In this document: in pieces, positions 17,651 to 27,486 of the stretch
How the letters are laid out: the number at the start of each line of letters is the position of its first letter
Position numbering within the stretch: the stretch's first letter is position 1
DNA from: a virus
Taxonomy: Duplodnaviria; Heunggongvirae; Uroviricota; Caudoviricetes
Length of the DNA: 64,000 nt
IMG/VR virus record: IMGVR_UViG_2728369130_000006
Location: 43,200-107,199 of that record
Reading direction: 5' to 3' (one strand)
Made by a program: the position numbers and the translations under genes
The notes under the pieces: generated by a model
Told to the model about the DNA's origin: nothing
What the model saw: only the letters and a program-made list of their open reading frames with translations
Databases searched by the model: none

Positions 17651-18241
17651 ATGGCTAAAATGACAAGAAAGTGTCAGTATTGTGGATTAGATGACACGCA
17701 TGTAGATGAAATGGAGTTTGAATATGTTGGGAAGAAAAAGCCGCAGAAGAAATATTATCACAAGCATTGTTGGGAAAAACATTTAAAAGAAAAAGAGTTT
17801 CGAGAAAAAGAGAGGAAAGAACTTGATAGGCTAGTTGAAACAATAAAAAACATATACGGTTTAAAAAAGTTTCCAAATAACATTTATCCATATCTACAAG
17901 ATTTAAGAAATGGAACAGAGTTTTTTGGAAAGCATGATTATAAATATAAAGAAGGTTATTCTTACGATTTAATTGCAGAAACTTTCGAATACTGTTCCGA
18001 AACAATTGAAAATGCAAATAGAAAGAAGTCTTTTAGTGGAGCAACAAATGCAATTAGATATGGATTGACTATTGTGTGCAATAAATTGTCAATTGTTGAA
18101 GAGCGAAGAAGACAAAAAGAAGAGCAGGAAAGACAGATTAGAAAACATTTTGAAAACATAAATGAAGAAGAGTATATCTTTGAAAATAGTTATAAAAAGC
18201 CTTCTAAACATACAGATATCACTGATTTTTTAGATGACTAG
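17651..18241 (+). CDS. zinc-finger protein, hypothetical
   Basis: CQYCG...HKHC. RBS AAAGGGGG. Confidence 0.4.
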   Translation: MAKMTRKCQYCGLDDTHVDEMEFEYVGKKKPQKKYYHKHCWEKHLKEKEFREKERKELDRLVETIKNIYGLKKFPNNIYPYLQDLRNGTEFFGKHDYKYKEGYSYDLIAETFEYCSETIENANRKKSFSGATNAIRYGLTIVCNKLSIVEERRRQKEEQERQIRKHFENINEEEYIFENSYKKPSKHTDITDFLDD

Positions 18242-18256
18242 GAGAGATGTTTTTAG

Positions 18257-19789
18257 ATGGCGAAAGATAATACAAAAGAGTTGGTCAAAAGAGAAGTAAA
18301 AGAAATTCGTGAAAAGGCTTCAATCAATGAAGCATATTTTGTAGGGCTTTTATGGTCTGATCCGTTCAATAACTATAGTGAATATAGTGAATTAATCAAT
18401 CAAGAAGAATTTATTCATGATGTTTGGGGATTTTATTTTGAGCTGGGGCGAAAAATGTTTGATGAAGGCATTAAACAATTTGACGACATCACTGTCCACA
18501 CAAAAGTAAAAGAGTATAACATCATGGATGACTTTGAAAAGTTCGGAAAAATGACGACCATCGATGATGCGGTTTCAATAGTTCGTGGTAATCCTGCAAA
18601 TATTTCCTACTATTTTGAAACTGTTAAGAAAAATTATGTAATCAGAAGACTTTTTGAGTTATTTGGAGACAAAGTGTTAATCGAAAAGGGAAAGTATAAG
18701 TGGAGAGAGATGAATAGAGAACAGCTTTCTATGTACTGGAATGATAAGATTAACAAAATTAGTATGAATAATGTCAACAACAGATATGAAACAGAGAATT
18801 TATACATAGAAGCAGAAGAGTTTATTAGGCGATTAGAACAAGACACTGCGGATATGCTACCTTTTTATAATAGCACTCTTATGAACAGTATAACGCAAGG
18901 AGTGGCTAGAGGACATGTCTTAATGTTCGGTGGCTTTGGTAATACAGGTAAATCATCAATTACCGCTGAAAAGTTTACGATGAGTTGTATTGATAACAAT
19001 GAGAAGCTTCTAGTGGTCTTAAATGAAGAAGATGCACAGGCATATAGACAAAAGATCGTATTATCTATCCTGTTTCATGAGTATAAAACAGGAATAGATA
19101 GACGGCGTATGGTTAATGGGAAGCTTCAACAAAATGATAAAGATAAGATTCACAATGCATTTGCAAAAATGAAGGAACTGATTGATAAGGAAACAATCAA
19201 AATAATCTTCATGGAAAAATACGTAATTAGAGACCTTGAAAAAATAATTAGATTCTGGGCAAATAGAGGTTATATAAATCTTCTTATCGATACGCACAAA
19301 GTCTCCGATGATTCACATCATGACAAGCGTTGGGAAACTTTTGTTGAAGATATGAAGACTATATATCGTATTACTCGTAAGAATGCTGGCGGTTGCAACC
19401 TTCGTACTCTTGTTACATTTCAGTTGGCTGACTATGCAATTAAGAATCGCTATTTAGACTTTGATGCAATTGGAGAAGGGAAAGCGGCGAAGAACGAAGC
19501 ATCTGTTGTTATGATGTTTAGACCTATTTGGGCAGATGAATACAAAGGTGAAAAGAAGGAATTAAACTGCTATAGATTAAAGAAAAACCCTAAAGGAGAT
19601 GGGTATCTTAAAGAGTTTTTCCAATTAGAAAAAGGGAAAACATATTACCTAGTCTTTACTCCTAAAAACAGATTCGGAGCTAATAACGACAATGGACAGC
19701 CTGTGTTAGTTATTGAACCAATATTTAATAGTAATCACTTTAAAGAGATTGGGTGGACGTTTGTACCAAACGAAAAAGCAGGAAGGTAG
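18257..19789 (+). CDS. DnaB-like replicative DNA helicase
   Basis: Size, N-terminal domain plus a RecA-like core with P-loop GGFGNTGKSS, and its position in the replication module. Confidence 0.45.
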   Translation: MAKDNTKELVKREVKEIREKASINEAYFVGLLWSDPFNNYSEYSELINQEEFIHDVWGFYFELGRKMFDEGIKQFDDITVHTKVKEYNIMDDFEKFGKMTTIDDAVSIVRGNPANISYYFETVKKNYVIRRLFELFGDKVLIEKGKYKWREMNREQLSMYWNDKINKISMNNVNNRYETENLYIEAEEFIRRLEQDTADMLPFYNSTLMNSITQGVARGHVLMFGGFGNTGKSSITAEKFTMSCIDNNEKLLVVLNEEDAQAYRQKIVLSILFHEYKTGIDRRRMVNGKLQQNDKDKIHNAFAKMKELIDKETIKIIFMEKYVIRDLEKIIRFWANRGYINLLIDTHKVSDDSHHDKRWETFVEDMKTIYRITRKNAGGCNLRTLVTFQLADYAIKNRYLDFDAIGEGKAAKNEASVVMMFRPIWADEYKGEKKELNCYRLKKNPKGDGYLKEFFQLEKGKTYYLVFTPKNRFGANNDNGQPVLVIEPIFNSNHFKEIGWTFVPNEKAGR

Positions 19790-19836
19790 TCTCTCTCAAG
19801 TTGATTATTTAGTTAGTAAAAGAGGTGGTAAGATGG

Positions 19837-20931
19837 ATGTCGGACTTGCAGGAAATCAAAGAAAGGATACTTAGAGAAGATAAGGTCGAAGATATTTACA
19901 GAGCAATGGGCTGTGAGTATATATCATACAGTGGAGGAAGAATAGAAGCTCAATTGCCATCAAGGTATCATAGCAACAATAAGAGAGCGGTTCAGACCAA
20001 GCTTAATAAATGGCTTACCTCAGCTATCCGCAATAGACCAGATTTTGAGAGCGGAAATATCGACTCTTCGCCGGATATATTTTCTCTTATATCTTATATT
20101 GTCAATGATAAACGTGGAGAAGATATCTTAAAGGATTTACATAATGCAAAGACATTTATCTGCGAACATCTAGGATGGACAGAGTTTTTAAAAGGTGGAT
20201 CGTTTAAAACAAAAAAAGATTATGTAGCACCTCTTAAAGCTATTTTAAAAGATAAAAAAAGGGTTAAAGAAATTAGACCAAACCCTGTTCTTCCAGAAGA
20301 AATCTTAAATGATTATTACTTTTATAATAAACCTCTACCTTATAAAGGATGGATTGATGAGGGGATTTCATATAAAACTCAAGAAATGTATGGGATTGGT
20401 TTCGATCTTGATACAAAAAGAGTAATCATTCCAATGAGAAATAGATTTGGACAATTGGTTGGTGTCAAAGGCAGAATAATGAAAGATGAGGATGATGACA
20501 GAAAATACCTCTATCTTTATCCTTATCAAAATCGCTATGAGTGGTTTAACTTTCATTACGCACTTCCCTACATACAGATGGAGAAAAGAGTATATATCTT
20601 TGAAGCGGAAAAGTCTAATATGAAAGCTTTTGATAATGGGATATATAATACATTAGGTATTGGTTCATCTGAGATATCTCCAGAGCAGGCACAAATCGTA
20701 ATGCAAATAGGGTTAGATATAGAAATAGTTCTATGCTATGACAAAGGTATAACGATTGATGAAATACGAAAAAATGCAAAAATATTTGAAGGAAGAAGAG
20801 TGTTTGCGATGTTCGATACAGAAGGTGTTCTTGAAGAGAAAAATTCTCCTATTGACCAAGGTATTGACACATGGAATAAGCTACTTGACAGTTGTGTATT
20901 TGAAGTAAAAATACCTAAAAATAAATCTTAA
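19837..20931 (+). CDS. putative DNA primase (TOPRIM-like)
   Basis: Acidic motifs IFEAEKS and FDTEG in a Toprim-like arrangement. Lies directly downstream of the helicase. Confidence 0.3.
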   Translation: MSDLQEIKERILREDKVEDIYRAMGCEYISYSGGRIEAQLPSRYHSNNKRAVQTKLNKWLTSAIRNRPDFESGNIDSSPDIFSLISYIVNDKRGEDILKDLHNAKTFICEHLGWTEFLKGGSFKTKKDYVAPLKAILKDKKRVKEIRPNPVLPEEILNDYYFYNKPLPYKGWIDEGISYKTQEMYGIGFDLDTKRVIIPMRNRFGQLVGVKGRIMKDEDDDRKYLYLYPYQNRYEWFNFHYALPYIQMEKRVYIFEAEKSNMKAFDNGIYNTLGIGSSEISPEQAQIVMQIGLDIEIVLCYDKGITIDEIRKNAKIFEGRRVFAMFDTEGVLEEKNSPIDQGIDTWNKLLDSCVFEVKIPKNKS

Positions 20932-20940
20932 AAACATATT

Positions 20941-20969
20941 TACAAAACTAATTAATAATGTTATATTGG
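20941..20969 (+). promoter_or_regulatory. promoter TTTACA-AAACTAATTAATAATGT-TATATT
   Basis: Read directly from the sequence. Confidence 0.5.
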
Positions 20970-21066
20970 TTTTATGAGTTTTGTCATAGTTCAATTTTAT
21001 CAGAGGTGATATAATGATCGACATATCCGAAATACATATAACTCCCGAAAGGGGAAATATTCATAT

Positions 21067-21095
21067 TTCATAAAACTAATTAATAATGATGAAAT
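21067..21095 (+). promoter_or_regulatory. second copy of the conserved element (weak hexamers), flanked by direct repeats GAAAGGGGAAAT
   Basis: Read directly from the sequence. Confidence 0.35.
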
Positions 21096-21225
21096 AGTTG
21101 CTTTTGCTTTTGGATATTATTCTGAAAGGGGAAATGAAATATGAAAAATATCGATAAATTAGAAATGGCTAAAGGATATGAAGAAATGGGGAAAATCAAC
21201 TTAGAAATATCTGAGGAGTTTTTCT

Positions 21226-22938
21226 TTGCAGAAGAAGGTGTTATTTATTATGAATTGGATACAAAGAGAACCTACAAGAAAGCCAAATAATGATGATTCG
21301 ATCCTAGAAAGGATTGCAAAAATCAGAGGCATCGAAGATTATCAAAAATTTTTAAACCCTACAGAGGAGGAATTACACGATCCATACTCCATGAAAAATA
21401 TCCAAGATGCAAGCAACCGTATCATAAAGGCAATTGATAAGAATGAAAGAATAATTGTTTCATATGATCCAGATGCGGATGGGTTGACAGCTACAACAAT
21501 CATGTTGAGATATTTGAAAAATTACACCGATAATGTTGATTACATATATGGTGAAAGAAGTGATGGACACGGTATTACGGAGATGATTAAAATCAGTAAT
21601 CTTTCTCCGTCAAAAGACGCTGATCGGATTGAGCATAACAAATCAAATACAGATAAGATTCGCAATGCGGATTTGCTGATTTTAATTGACTCATCATCAA
21701 ATGATGTAGAGACTTGTAAATTTATAAGAGAAAAATTAAATACAGATATTATAATATTAGATCACCACGCTATTGAAAGTAAGAATCCTTATGCACTATT
21801 AGTTAATCCACAGCAGGATGAATGCGAATATCCTAACAAGTATTTGAGTGGTGCAGGAGTAGTATTTAAAACCATTCAAGTAATGGAGGACACATTAAAT
21901 CAGGTAGACGTTTGGCAATACATTGATCTGGTGGCAGTTGGTCTCTATGCGGATGTTATGAGATTAGATATCTTAGAAAACAGATATTTAATCATGCAAG
22001 GATTAAGAAATATGAAGAATACTGGTCTTGTTCGCATTTTAAAAGGTGGAAAAGTGAATACGTACAAAATGAAAGGCGATGCAATTGGATTCACCATTGC
22101 TCCAATGTTAAACGGTGCGGCGCGTATGGACAACATCAAATTAGCAATCGATATATTGTTAGAAGATGATGATAAGGTCTGTAAAAAAATTCGCCTGCAA
22201 ATGCACAAATTAAATCAGTATCGAAAAGAAAAGCAAAAAGAGATTACCGATCAATACAAAAAGAACATTGACGACACCAAAAAAGTTCTTATTGTTACCG
22301 ATGAACAATCAAGTAAAGGATTTAATGGTATTGTAGCTCAACAGCTATCAGAGGAATACAAGCGCCCTGTGATTGTTGGGCGTATACATAACGGTAAGTT
22401 ATCAGGAAGTTTTCGAAGTTATAACGGATTTAAGTTTAAGAGGTTTTTAAATCAATTTGATGGAGAGCTTGATGCTCTTGGACATGAAGGTGCAGGAGGT
22501 ATTGAGATATCTCAAGAGTTACTGCCTGATCTAGAGAAATATATTGAAAGACATATGCCTTCTCTTGAAGATGTGAAACCTACTGTATATTACGATCTAG
22601 ATATCAGCGTAGATGAGGTTGGTCAATATGTAAAAGAGTTAGACAAATTCAATCTGCTTACAGGGAATGGATTCCCTAAAGTGATTGTTCGAGTTAATGG
22701 TATATCGGTAGAAGAGCCGTCTTGTATTGGGGAGACAAAAGAGACAGTGAAAATAGGAACTTTAAATGATATGGAATTAATTAAGTTTAGAGTTAACGAA
22801 GAATACGCGTCAGAACTAAGTTATTTTGATATGATTGATGTAGTAGGTCAGCTAACAATGAACGAGTGGTTCAATTTTGCAACGAGAAAATTAGTAGCTG
22901 TACCACAGGTGATATTACACGATTATGTGAAAAGTTGA
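21226..22938 (+). CDS. RecJ-like DHH-family single-strand exonuclease
   Basis: DHH motifs DPDADG, LLILIDSSSND and IIILDHHA. Confidence 0.55.
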   Translation: MQKKVLFIMNWIQREPTRKPNNDDSILERIAKIRGIEDYQKFLNPTEEELHDPYSMKNIQDASNRIIKAIDKNERIIVSYDPDADGLTATTIMLRYLKNYTDNVDYIYGERSDGHGITEMIKISNLSPSKDADRIEHNKSNTDKIRNADLLILIDSSSNDVETCKFIREKLNTDIIILDHHAIESKNPYALLVNPQQDECEYPNKYLSGAGVVFKTIQVMEDTLNQVDVWQYIDLVAVGLYADVMRLDILENRYLIMQGLRNMKNTGLVRILKGGKVNTYKMKGDAIGFTIAPMLNGAARMDNIKLAIDILLEDDDKVCKKIRLQMHKLNQYRKEKQKEITDQYKKNIDDTKKVLIVTDEQSSKGFNGIVAQQLSEEYKRPVIVGRIHNGKLSGSFRSYNGFKFKRFLNQFDGELDALGHEGAGGIEISQELLPDLEKYIERHMPSLEDVKPTVYYDLDISVDEVGQYVKELDKFNLLTGNGFPKVIVRVNGISVEEPSCIGETKETVKIGTLNDMELIKFRVNEEYASELSYFDMIDVVGQLTMNEWFNFATRKLVAVPQVILHDYVKS

Positions 22939-22968
22939 GGTGAGAAATAATTCTCACCTTTTTCTTTT
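22938..22968 (+). terminator. rho-independent terminator
   Basis: aggtgagaa-ataa-ttctcacct followed by ttttcttttat. Confidence 0.55.
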
Positions 22969-22975
22969 ATATACA

Positions 22976-23004
22976 TTTACAAAACTAACTAATAATGTTA
23001 TAAT
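22976..23004 (+). promoter_or_regulatory. promoter TTTACA-AAACTAACTAATAATGT-TATAAT
   Basis: Read directly from the sequence. Confidence 0.5.
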
Positions 23005-23034
23005 GATAATATCAAAAAGTTAAAGGATGATGAC

Positions 23035-23745
23035 ATGGCAAAGGAAGCAAGGGTTACTCAGTTAAAAAACGATTTGAAACAATTGAACTACAACAATGCC
23101 TTAAGAGCTTTGCATTGGATGATCGAGACAATGAATGCAAACAACAATTATATGAGGCATGATGGAAGCCATTATTATTATCATTTAGTTGATACAGCTC
23201 AGGATTTATTGAATCATGGGATCAGGAATGAATCAATTATTACAGCTTGTATACTTCATGATTCAATAGAAGATATTCCAGAGGTGGACTATTATTTAAT
23301 TGAGGATCAATATGGGAAAGATGTTGCTCATTTGGTTTTGAGTGTCACAAAACAAGATGATATTGATTATAAAATTGAAGAAAATTTAAAAGACTATTTA
23401 AATAATATTTTAATATGCTTGGGAGCTTGCCTAATAAAAGCGGCAGACAGAAAGCATAACTTTAGCACATTGAATGAATCAAATAGGAAACATGAAATGA
23501 AACAGGTGAAGGAAACAGAGGAATTTTATATTCCTTTCTTTAAGCAAGCTCGAAAGAAATATCCAGATTATTCTGCTTATTTTCATTCTGTGAAAACTTC
23601 GATCATGCCCCATTTATTGAGAATTAAGAAAGCTTATAAGGATGAGGCAAAACTAAAAGAGAAAATTAAAGAGCTTGAACACAAACTAGATCAAGAGAGA
23701 ATGAAAAGAAAGGCGTTAGAAAAGAAAGTTAAACGAGGTGAATAA
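23035..23745 (+). CDS. SpoT/RelA-type HD-domain hydrolase (small alarmone hydrolase-like) with a C-terminal coiled coil
   Basis: H..YYYHLVD, ILHDSIEDIPE and LIKAADRKHNFSTL match the (p)ppGpp hydrolase HD signature (LLHDVVEDT ... LADRLHNMRTL). Confidence 0.55.
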   Translation: MAKEARVTQLKNDLKQLNYNNALRALHWMIETMNANNNYMRHDGSHYYYHLVDTAQDLLNHGIRNESIITACILHDSIEDIPEVDYYLIEDQYGKDVAHLVLSVTKQDDIDYKIEENLKDYLNNILICLGACLIKAADRKHNFSTLNESNRKHEMKQVKETEEFYIPFFKQARKKYPDYSAYFHSVKTSIMPHLLRIKKAYKDEAKLKEKIKELEHKLDQERMKRKALEKKVKRGE

Positions 23746-23889
23746 GATTTTAGGCTATATTAAATACATATTAGACACAGCGTGGTTCAACTTAGTTTGG
23801 TATAAATGGCACTTAGGAGCAGACATTAGAATTTTTGAGAATTGTAGTTGGAGAAATTATAGGGAAAATAAAGAAACAGGAGAGAGTCA

Positions 23890-24150
23890 ATGAAAGATGT
23901 TTTACTTGTACATGGTAGTATTATAAAGGCTTATGTACCACGAGACTATGAAAAGATTGAAACGTATATTGTAATTCGTGTAAGACAGGTGAATCCAAAT
24001 ACTATGAATCGCTGGGACTATGCTTGCGTGCCTTTGAGTGAGGGATATCGATTAGACTATAGCAAGTATAGCAAGGATTGGCAGTCAAATATTATATATT
24101 TTAACCATACAGATATCGAAGAAGTTGTTAAAAAAGCAAAACTTTATTAA
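23890..24150 (+). CDS. hypothetical protein
   Basis: RBS GGAGAGAG. Confidence 0.4.
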   Translation: MKDVLLVHGSIIKAYVPRDYEKIETYIVIRVRQVNPNTMNRWDYACVPLSEGYRLDYSKYSKDWQSNIIYFNHTDIEEVVKKAKLY

Positions 24151-24227
24151 AGATAGAAGATCATCTGAAAGTTGGATGTATAAAACCATTCTTTTATTAA
24201 CTATAAATATAGAGGAGAGCGATTATA

Positions 24228-24491
24228 ATGGATTATGGTAGATTTATATTTTTTAGCTTTAAGACAGATCACCCCATAGGTGGGATGTGTGATGTGTTGT
24301 GTCACTTTAATAACCATAATGAAGCTAAAGAACAGCTGAATAATCGAAAAAAACTTATCAACATTTTTAAGCATGACTACTTTGAACTGTTTGACTGTCA
24401 AAGAAGAGAAGTCATCATGCATGCTCAAGGCAACTTGCCAGTGCAATTAGTTGTTGATGTTGTAAAAACTGCTGAGGAGTTGAGTGAATGA
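24228..24491 (+). CDS. hypothetical protein
   Basis: RBS GAGGAGAG. Confidence 0.4.
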   Translation: MDYGRFIFFSFKTDHPIGGMCDVLCHFNNHNEAKEQLNNRKKLINIFKHDYFELFDCQRREVIMHAQGNLPVQLVVDVVKTAEELSE

Positions 24492-24531
24492 CTAAGACTA
24501 AAGATGAAAACCAACGAAAGGAATTGAGTAA

Positions 24532-25014
24532 ATGAAGTTAACTGATAAATTTGTTTTCTTCTGGGGAGCGGAAGATGTTTTTTCAAACTTTCATTACTTT
24601 CCGTTTGAACATCAAGGTATTTTGTTTAAATGGTCAGAACAAGCTGTAATGTATAGAAAGGCAAAGCTTTTTGGAGCACATACAATTGCATCGAAAATCT
24701 TAAAAGCTAATTCACCAAAAGAATGTAAAGCTTTGGGAAGAAGTAGACAAATCCCATTTAATGAAGAAATCTGGTTGAAAAACAGAGAGAGAATTTATAA
24801 AGAAGTCTTAAAGGATAAGTTCTCACATCCACATGCAAAGATCGCAATCCTATCTACAGGGAATAGGATGTTGGTTGAGGCAAGCCCTTATGATAAGATT
24901 TGGGGTATTGGATTAGCGGCAAGTCATCCTGATGCCGAAAACCCTGAAAAGTGGAAAGGCTTAAATTTATTAGGTAAAGTTCTTATGGAGGTTAGGAGTG
25001 AGTTGAGGGAGTGA
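24532..25014 (+). CDS. NADAR (YbiA/DUF1768) domain protein
   Basis: FFWG...SNF..FPF...G..F.S.EQAVMYRKAKLF....A..IL.A.SP...K.LGR matches the YbiA-like NADAR fold. Confidence 0.55.
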   Translation: MKLTDKFVFFWGAEDVFSNFHYFPFEHQGILFKWSEQAVMYRKAKLFGAHTIASKILKANSPKECKALGRSRQIPFNEEIWLKNRERIYKEVLKDKFSHPHAKIAILSTGNRMLVEASPYDKIWGIGLAASHPDAENPEKWKGLNLLGKVLMEVRSELRE

Positions 25015-25311
25015 CTTCTTATACTGCTGAATATATTGAAAATAGACTCGAAATATTATTCCCAAAATACAAGATTGAGCAAGTTGGAATGCATTTAACA
25101 GAGGTTGCTCTTACAAATATTGACTCTCATATAAGACTTTCTTTGGAGTTAAATATGCAAAGAAATATGCTGAATTAAAAGAAGATAGAATTATACATTT
25201 AAATAAAGTTCTGACATTAAGAAGTGTATTGGGAGATATTTACGAAATAAAATTGGGAATAGACGAAGAATCAAAAACTGTTTATTGGAAACCTGTTTGA
25301 AAGGGGAGTAT

Positions 25312-25761
25312 ATGAGCGAAATTATTATCTATGCTGATGGCGGTTGTAGGAATAATGGTAAAGAGAATAATATTGGTGGTTGGGGAGCGGTGCTTCAATA
25401 TAACGGCCATGTAAAAGAGCTTTACGCAGGAGAAAGAAATACTACCAATAATATTCAAGAATTAAAAGGAGCTATCAATGCACTAGAAGCACTTAAAACA
25501 ACAAATATTCCTGTTCGTTTACACATGGATTCTGCTTATGTGGTAAATGGAATAAATCAATGGGTTAAAGGTTGGAAGAAAAAAGGCTGGAAGAAAGGCG
25601 ATGGAAAAAATCCTGAAAACCTTGAGCTTTGGAAACATCTTGATAATCTTGTTTCAAAACAGGAAGATATTCAAGTATTAAAAGTAAAAGGACATGCAGG
25701 TGTTGATCTAAATGAAAGAGCAGATGAGTTGGCGAACTTAGCTATGGACGAGGTGGAGTAA
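25312..25761 (+). CDS. ribonuclease HI
   Basis: IYADGGCRNNG, ELKGAINALE, HMDSAYV and the ...ADELAN catalytic motifs. Confidence 0.65.
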   Translation: MSEIIIYADGGCRNNGKENNIGGWGAVLQYNGHVKELYAGERNTTNNIQELKGAINALEALKTTNIPVRLHMDSAYVVNGINQWVKGWKKKGWKKGDGKNPENLELWKHLDNLVSKQEDIQVLKVKGHAGVDLNERADELANLAMDEVE

Positions 25762-26216
25762 TGATTAAAATTATTCAAGGCGATTTGTTAGAAGCAAAAG
25801 AAAATATTATTGCACATCAGGTAAATTGTAAAGGTGTCATGGGAAGTGGCGTAGCAAAGCAAATTAAGCAAAAATATAATAAAGCGTTTAATGATTATAA
25901 AAATTTAATTACTAGACGAGCCGTGGAAGAACTTTTAGGGAGCGTTCAATATGTGCCCATTGATGACAAGAAATACATTGCCAATTTATTTGGACAATAC
26001 AAATATGGATATGATGGAATCCAATATACAAATATAGAAGCATTATCAGATTGCTTATTTGATTTGAGAAAAGAAGCAGAAAAACATGAGCTATCGGTTG
26101 CTATGCCTTATATGATCGGTTGCGACCGTGGCGGAGCGGACTGGAGAGAAGTTGAAGGACTAATCATTGATGCATTTGAAGGATATGAAGTAACTTTATA
26201 TAAATTGAAAAGGTGA
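25761..26216 (+). CDS. macro-domain protein (ADP-ribose binding/processing)
   Basis: IIQGDLLEAKENIIAHQVNCKGVMGSGVAKQI follows the macro-domain N-terminal pattern. Confidence 0.5.
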   Translation: MIKIIQGDLLEAKENIIAHQVNCKGVMGSGVAKQIKQKYNKAFNDYKNLITRRAVEELLGSVQYVPIDDKKYIANLFGQYKYGYDGIQYTNIEALSDCLFDLRKEAEKHELSVAMPYMIGCDRGGADWREVEGLIIDAFEGYEVTLYKLKR

Positions 26217-26225
26217 AGATGATTT

Positions 26226-26897
26226 ATGGGGAAAGAAACTGTTTATCGAGGTATGAAGCCTTTTTTGCAACTTGCAAATATTAAATTAGACCTTGAAAAA
26301 GCAAAGAAAGATTTTATAAACCTTCTTCCTCCAGAATATCAGGAGGAGTTTAAAAACAAATCATATTTGGCTGGTGGAGCTATCTACAGTTTATACAATA
26401 ATCAAATACCAAAGGATTATGATTTCTTTTTAACAGATGAATCACTCGTAAAAGAATTACGGAGATTCTTTGATAATGGAACACTTAAATATAAAAATGG
26501 TGTCAAAATCGGAAAGTATAAGGGTGAGACTCTTGTATACACTGACAATGCAATATCAATTGGAATGTACCAGATAATTACTAAATGGGTGGGCAAACCA
26601 GAGGATGTAATTGGAGAATTTGACTTTAAACATAATATGTATTACTACATAAATGGAGAGATTGAGACGTTAGTTGGCTGGGAGTATTTAAATGACAATA
26701 AGCTTAAATACAATGAAAAGAGAGCTAGAGATATTTGCGGAACAATTATTAGAATAAAGAAATTTGTTGAGCGCGGATTTACCGTTACTAATCATGAAGT
26801 AGCGAAGATGCTTTTAAAATTACATGAAGTTGGCTTTAATGAAGGAGAGTTAGAAATTTTACATATAAACGATGAAAGAAACGATTTTGGCAGTTGA
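26226..26897 (+). CDS. putative Pol-beta-superfamily nucleotidyltransferase (CCA-enzyme-like head motif)
   Basis: LAGGAIYSLYNNQIPKDYDFFLT versus GGAVRD.LLG..PKDIDIAT. Confidence 0.3.
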   Translation: MGKETVYRGMKPFLQLANIKLDLEKAKKDFINLLPPEYQEEFKNKSYLAGGAIYSLYNNQIPKDYDFFLTDESLVKELRRFFDNGTLKYKNGVKIGKYKGETLVYTDNAISIGMYQIITKWVGKPEDVIGEFDFKHNMYYYINGEIETLVGWEYLNDNKLKYNEKRARDICGTIIRIKKFVERGFTVTNHEVAKMLLKLHEVGFNEGELEILHINDERNDFGS

Positions 26898-26922
26898 CAA
26901 AACTAATTAATAATGAGAAAAT
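26894..26922 (+). promoter_or_regulatory. promoter TTGACA-AAACTAATTAATAATGA-GAAAAT
   Basis: Read directly from the sequence. Confidence 0.45.
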
Positions 26923-26982
26923 AATAAATTATAATACATAATTAATTGTTAGTTCGATCTTGCTTAATAAGGAGAGGTTTTG

Positions 26983-27204
26983 ATGCATTATATATATGAA
27001 TCAAAGTGCAACAAAAAGGCAAAAGAAAGAGCTAATTTTTACTTTACAGAGGTTTATAACAATCTGTACGAAGTAACAAAGCATAAATTCGGGATCACTG
27101 GTCACAGATTAAATTCAAAAGATGTTATGCAAACCTTACAAAATGAAGACAGAGTAGTTATCGAAAGACTGGATGGATCAATTTATGCAAACCATCTTTT
27201 TTAA
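26983..27204 (+). CDS. hypothetical small protein
   Basis: RBS AAGGAGAGG. Confidence 0.4.
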   Translation: MHYIYESKCNKKAKERANFYFTEVYNNLYEVTKHKFGITGHRLNSKDVMQTLQNEDRVVIERLDGSIYANHLF

Positions 27205-27213
27205 AACATTACA

Positions 27214-27229
27214 AAACTAATTAATAATG
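27214..27229 (+). promoter_or_regulatory. conserved element without a -10 hexamer, 21 nt before the ATG
   Basis: acaaaactaattaataatgctagaggag followed by the ATG at 27250. Confidence 0.4.
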
Positions 27230-27249
27230 CTAGAGGAGATATATAAATA

Positions 27250-27486
27250 ATGGAGATTAAAATTTTAAAGTATGAAAAAAGTCATTCAGGCTACTTTTTA
27301 AAACACAAAGCACTGGTAGAAGCATCTGGTGAGATTGATGAAAATGATTTGATTTTCAATGCTAGCATTGAAGTTGGTTATCATCCTAAAGAGTATGGGC
27401 TATATGGTTTTAAAGTGAAAAAATTCTCTATCAAGGATCAGACTAGGTTTATCATTGCTTGGGAAACAGATCGGAGGAAGATTTGA
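27250..27486 (+). CDS. hypothetical small protein
   Basis: RBS AGAGGAG. Confidence 0.4.
   Translation: MEIKILKYEKSHSGYFLKHKALVEASGEIDENDLIFNASIEVGYHPKEYGLYGFKVKKFSIKDQTRFIIAWETDRRKI

Noticed and set aside
19837-20931. Confident DnaG-type primase call
   Set aside because: No zinc-binding CxxC...CxxC motif is present, and the TOPRIM acidic motifs are only approximate. Kept as a low-confidence putative primase based mainly on its position after the helicase.
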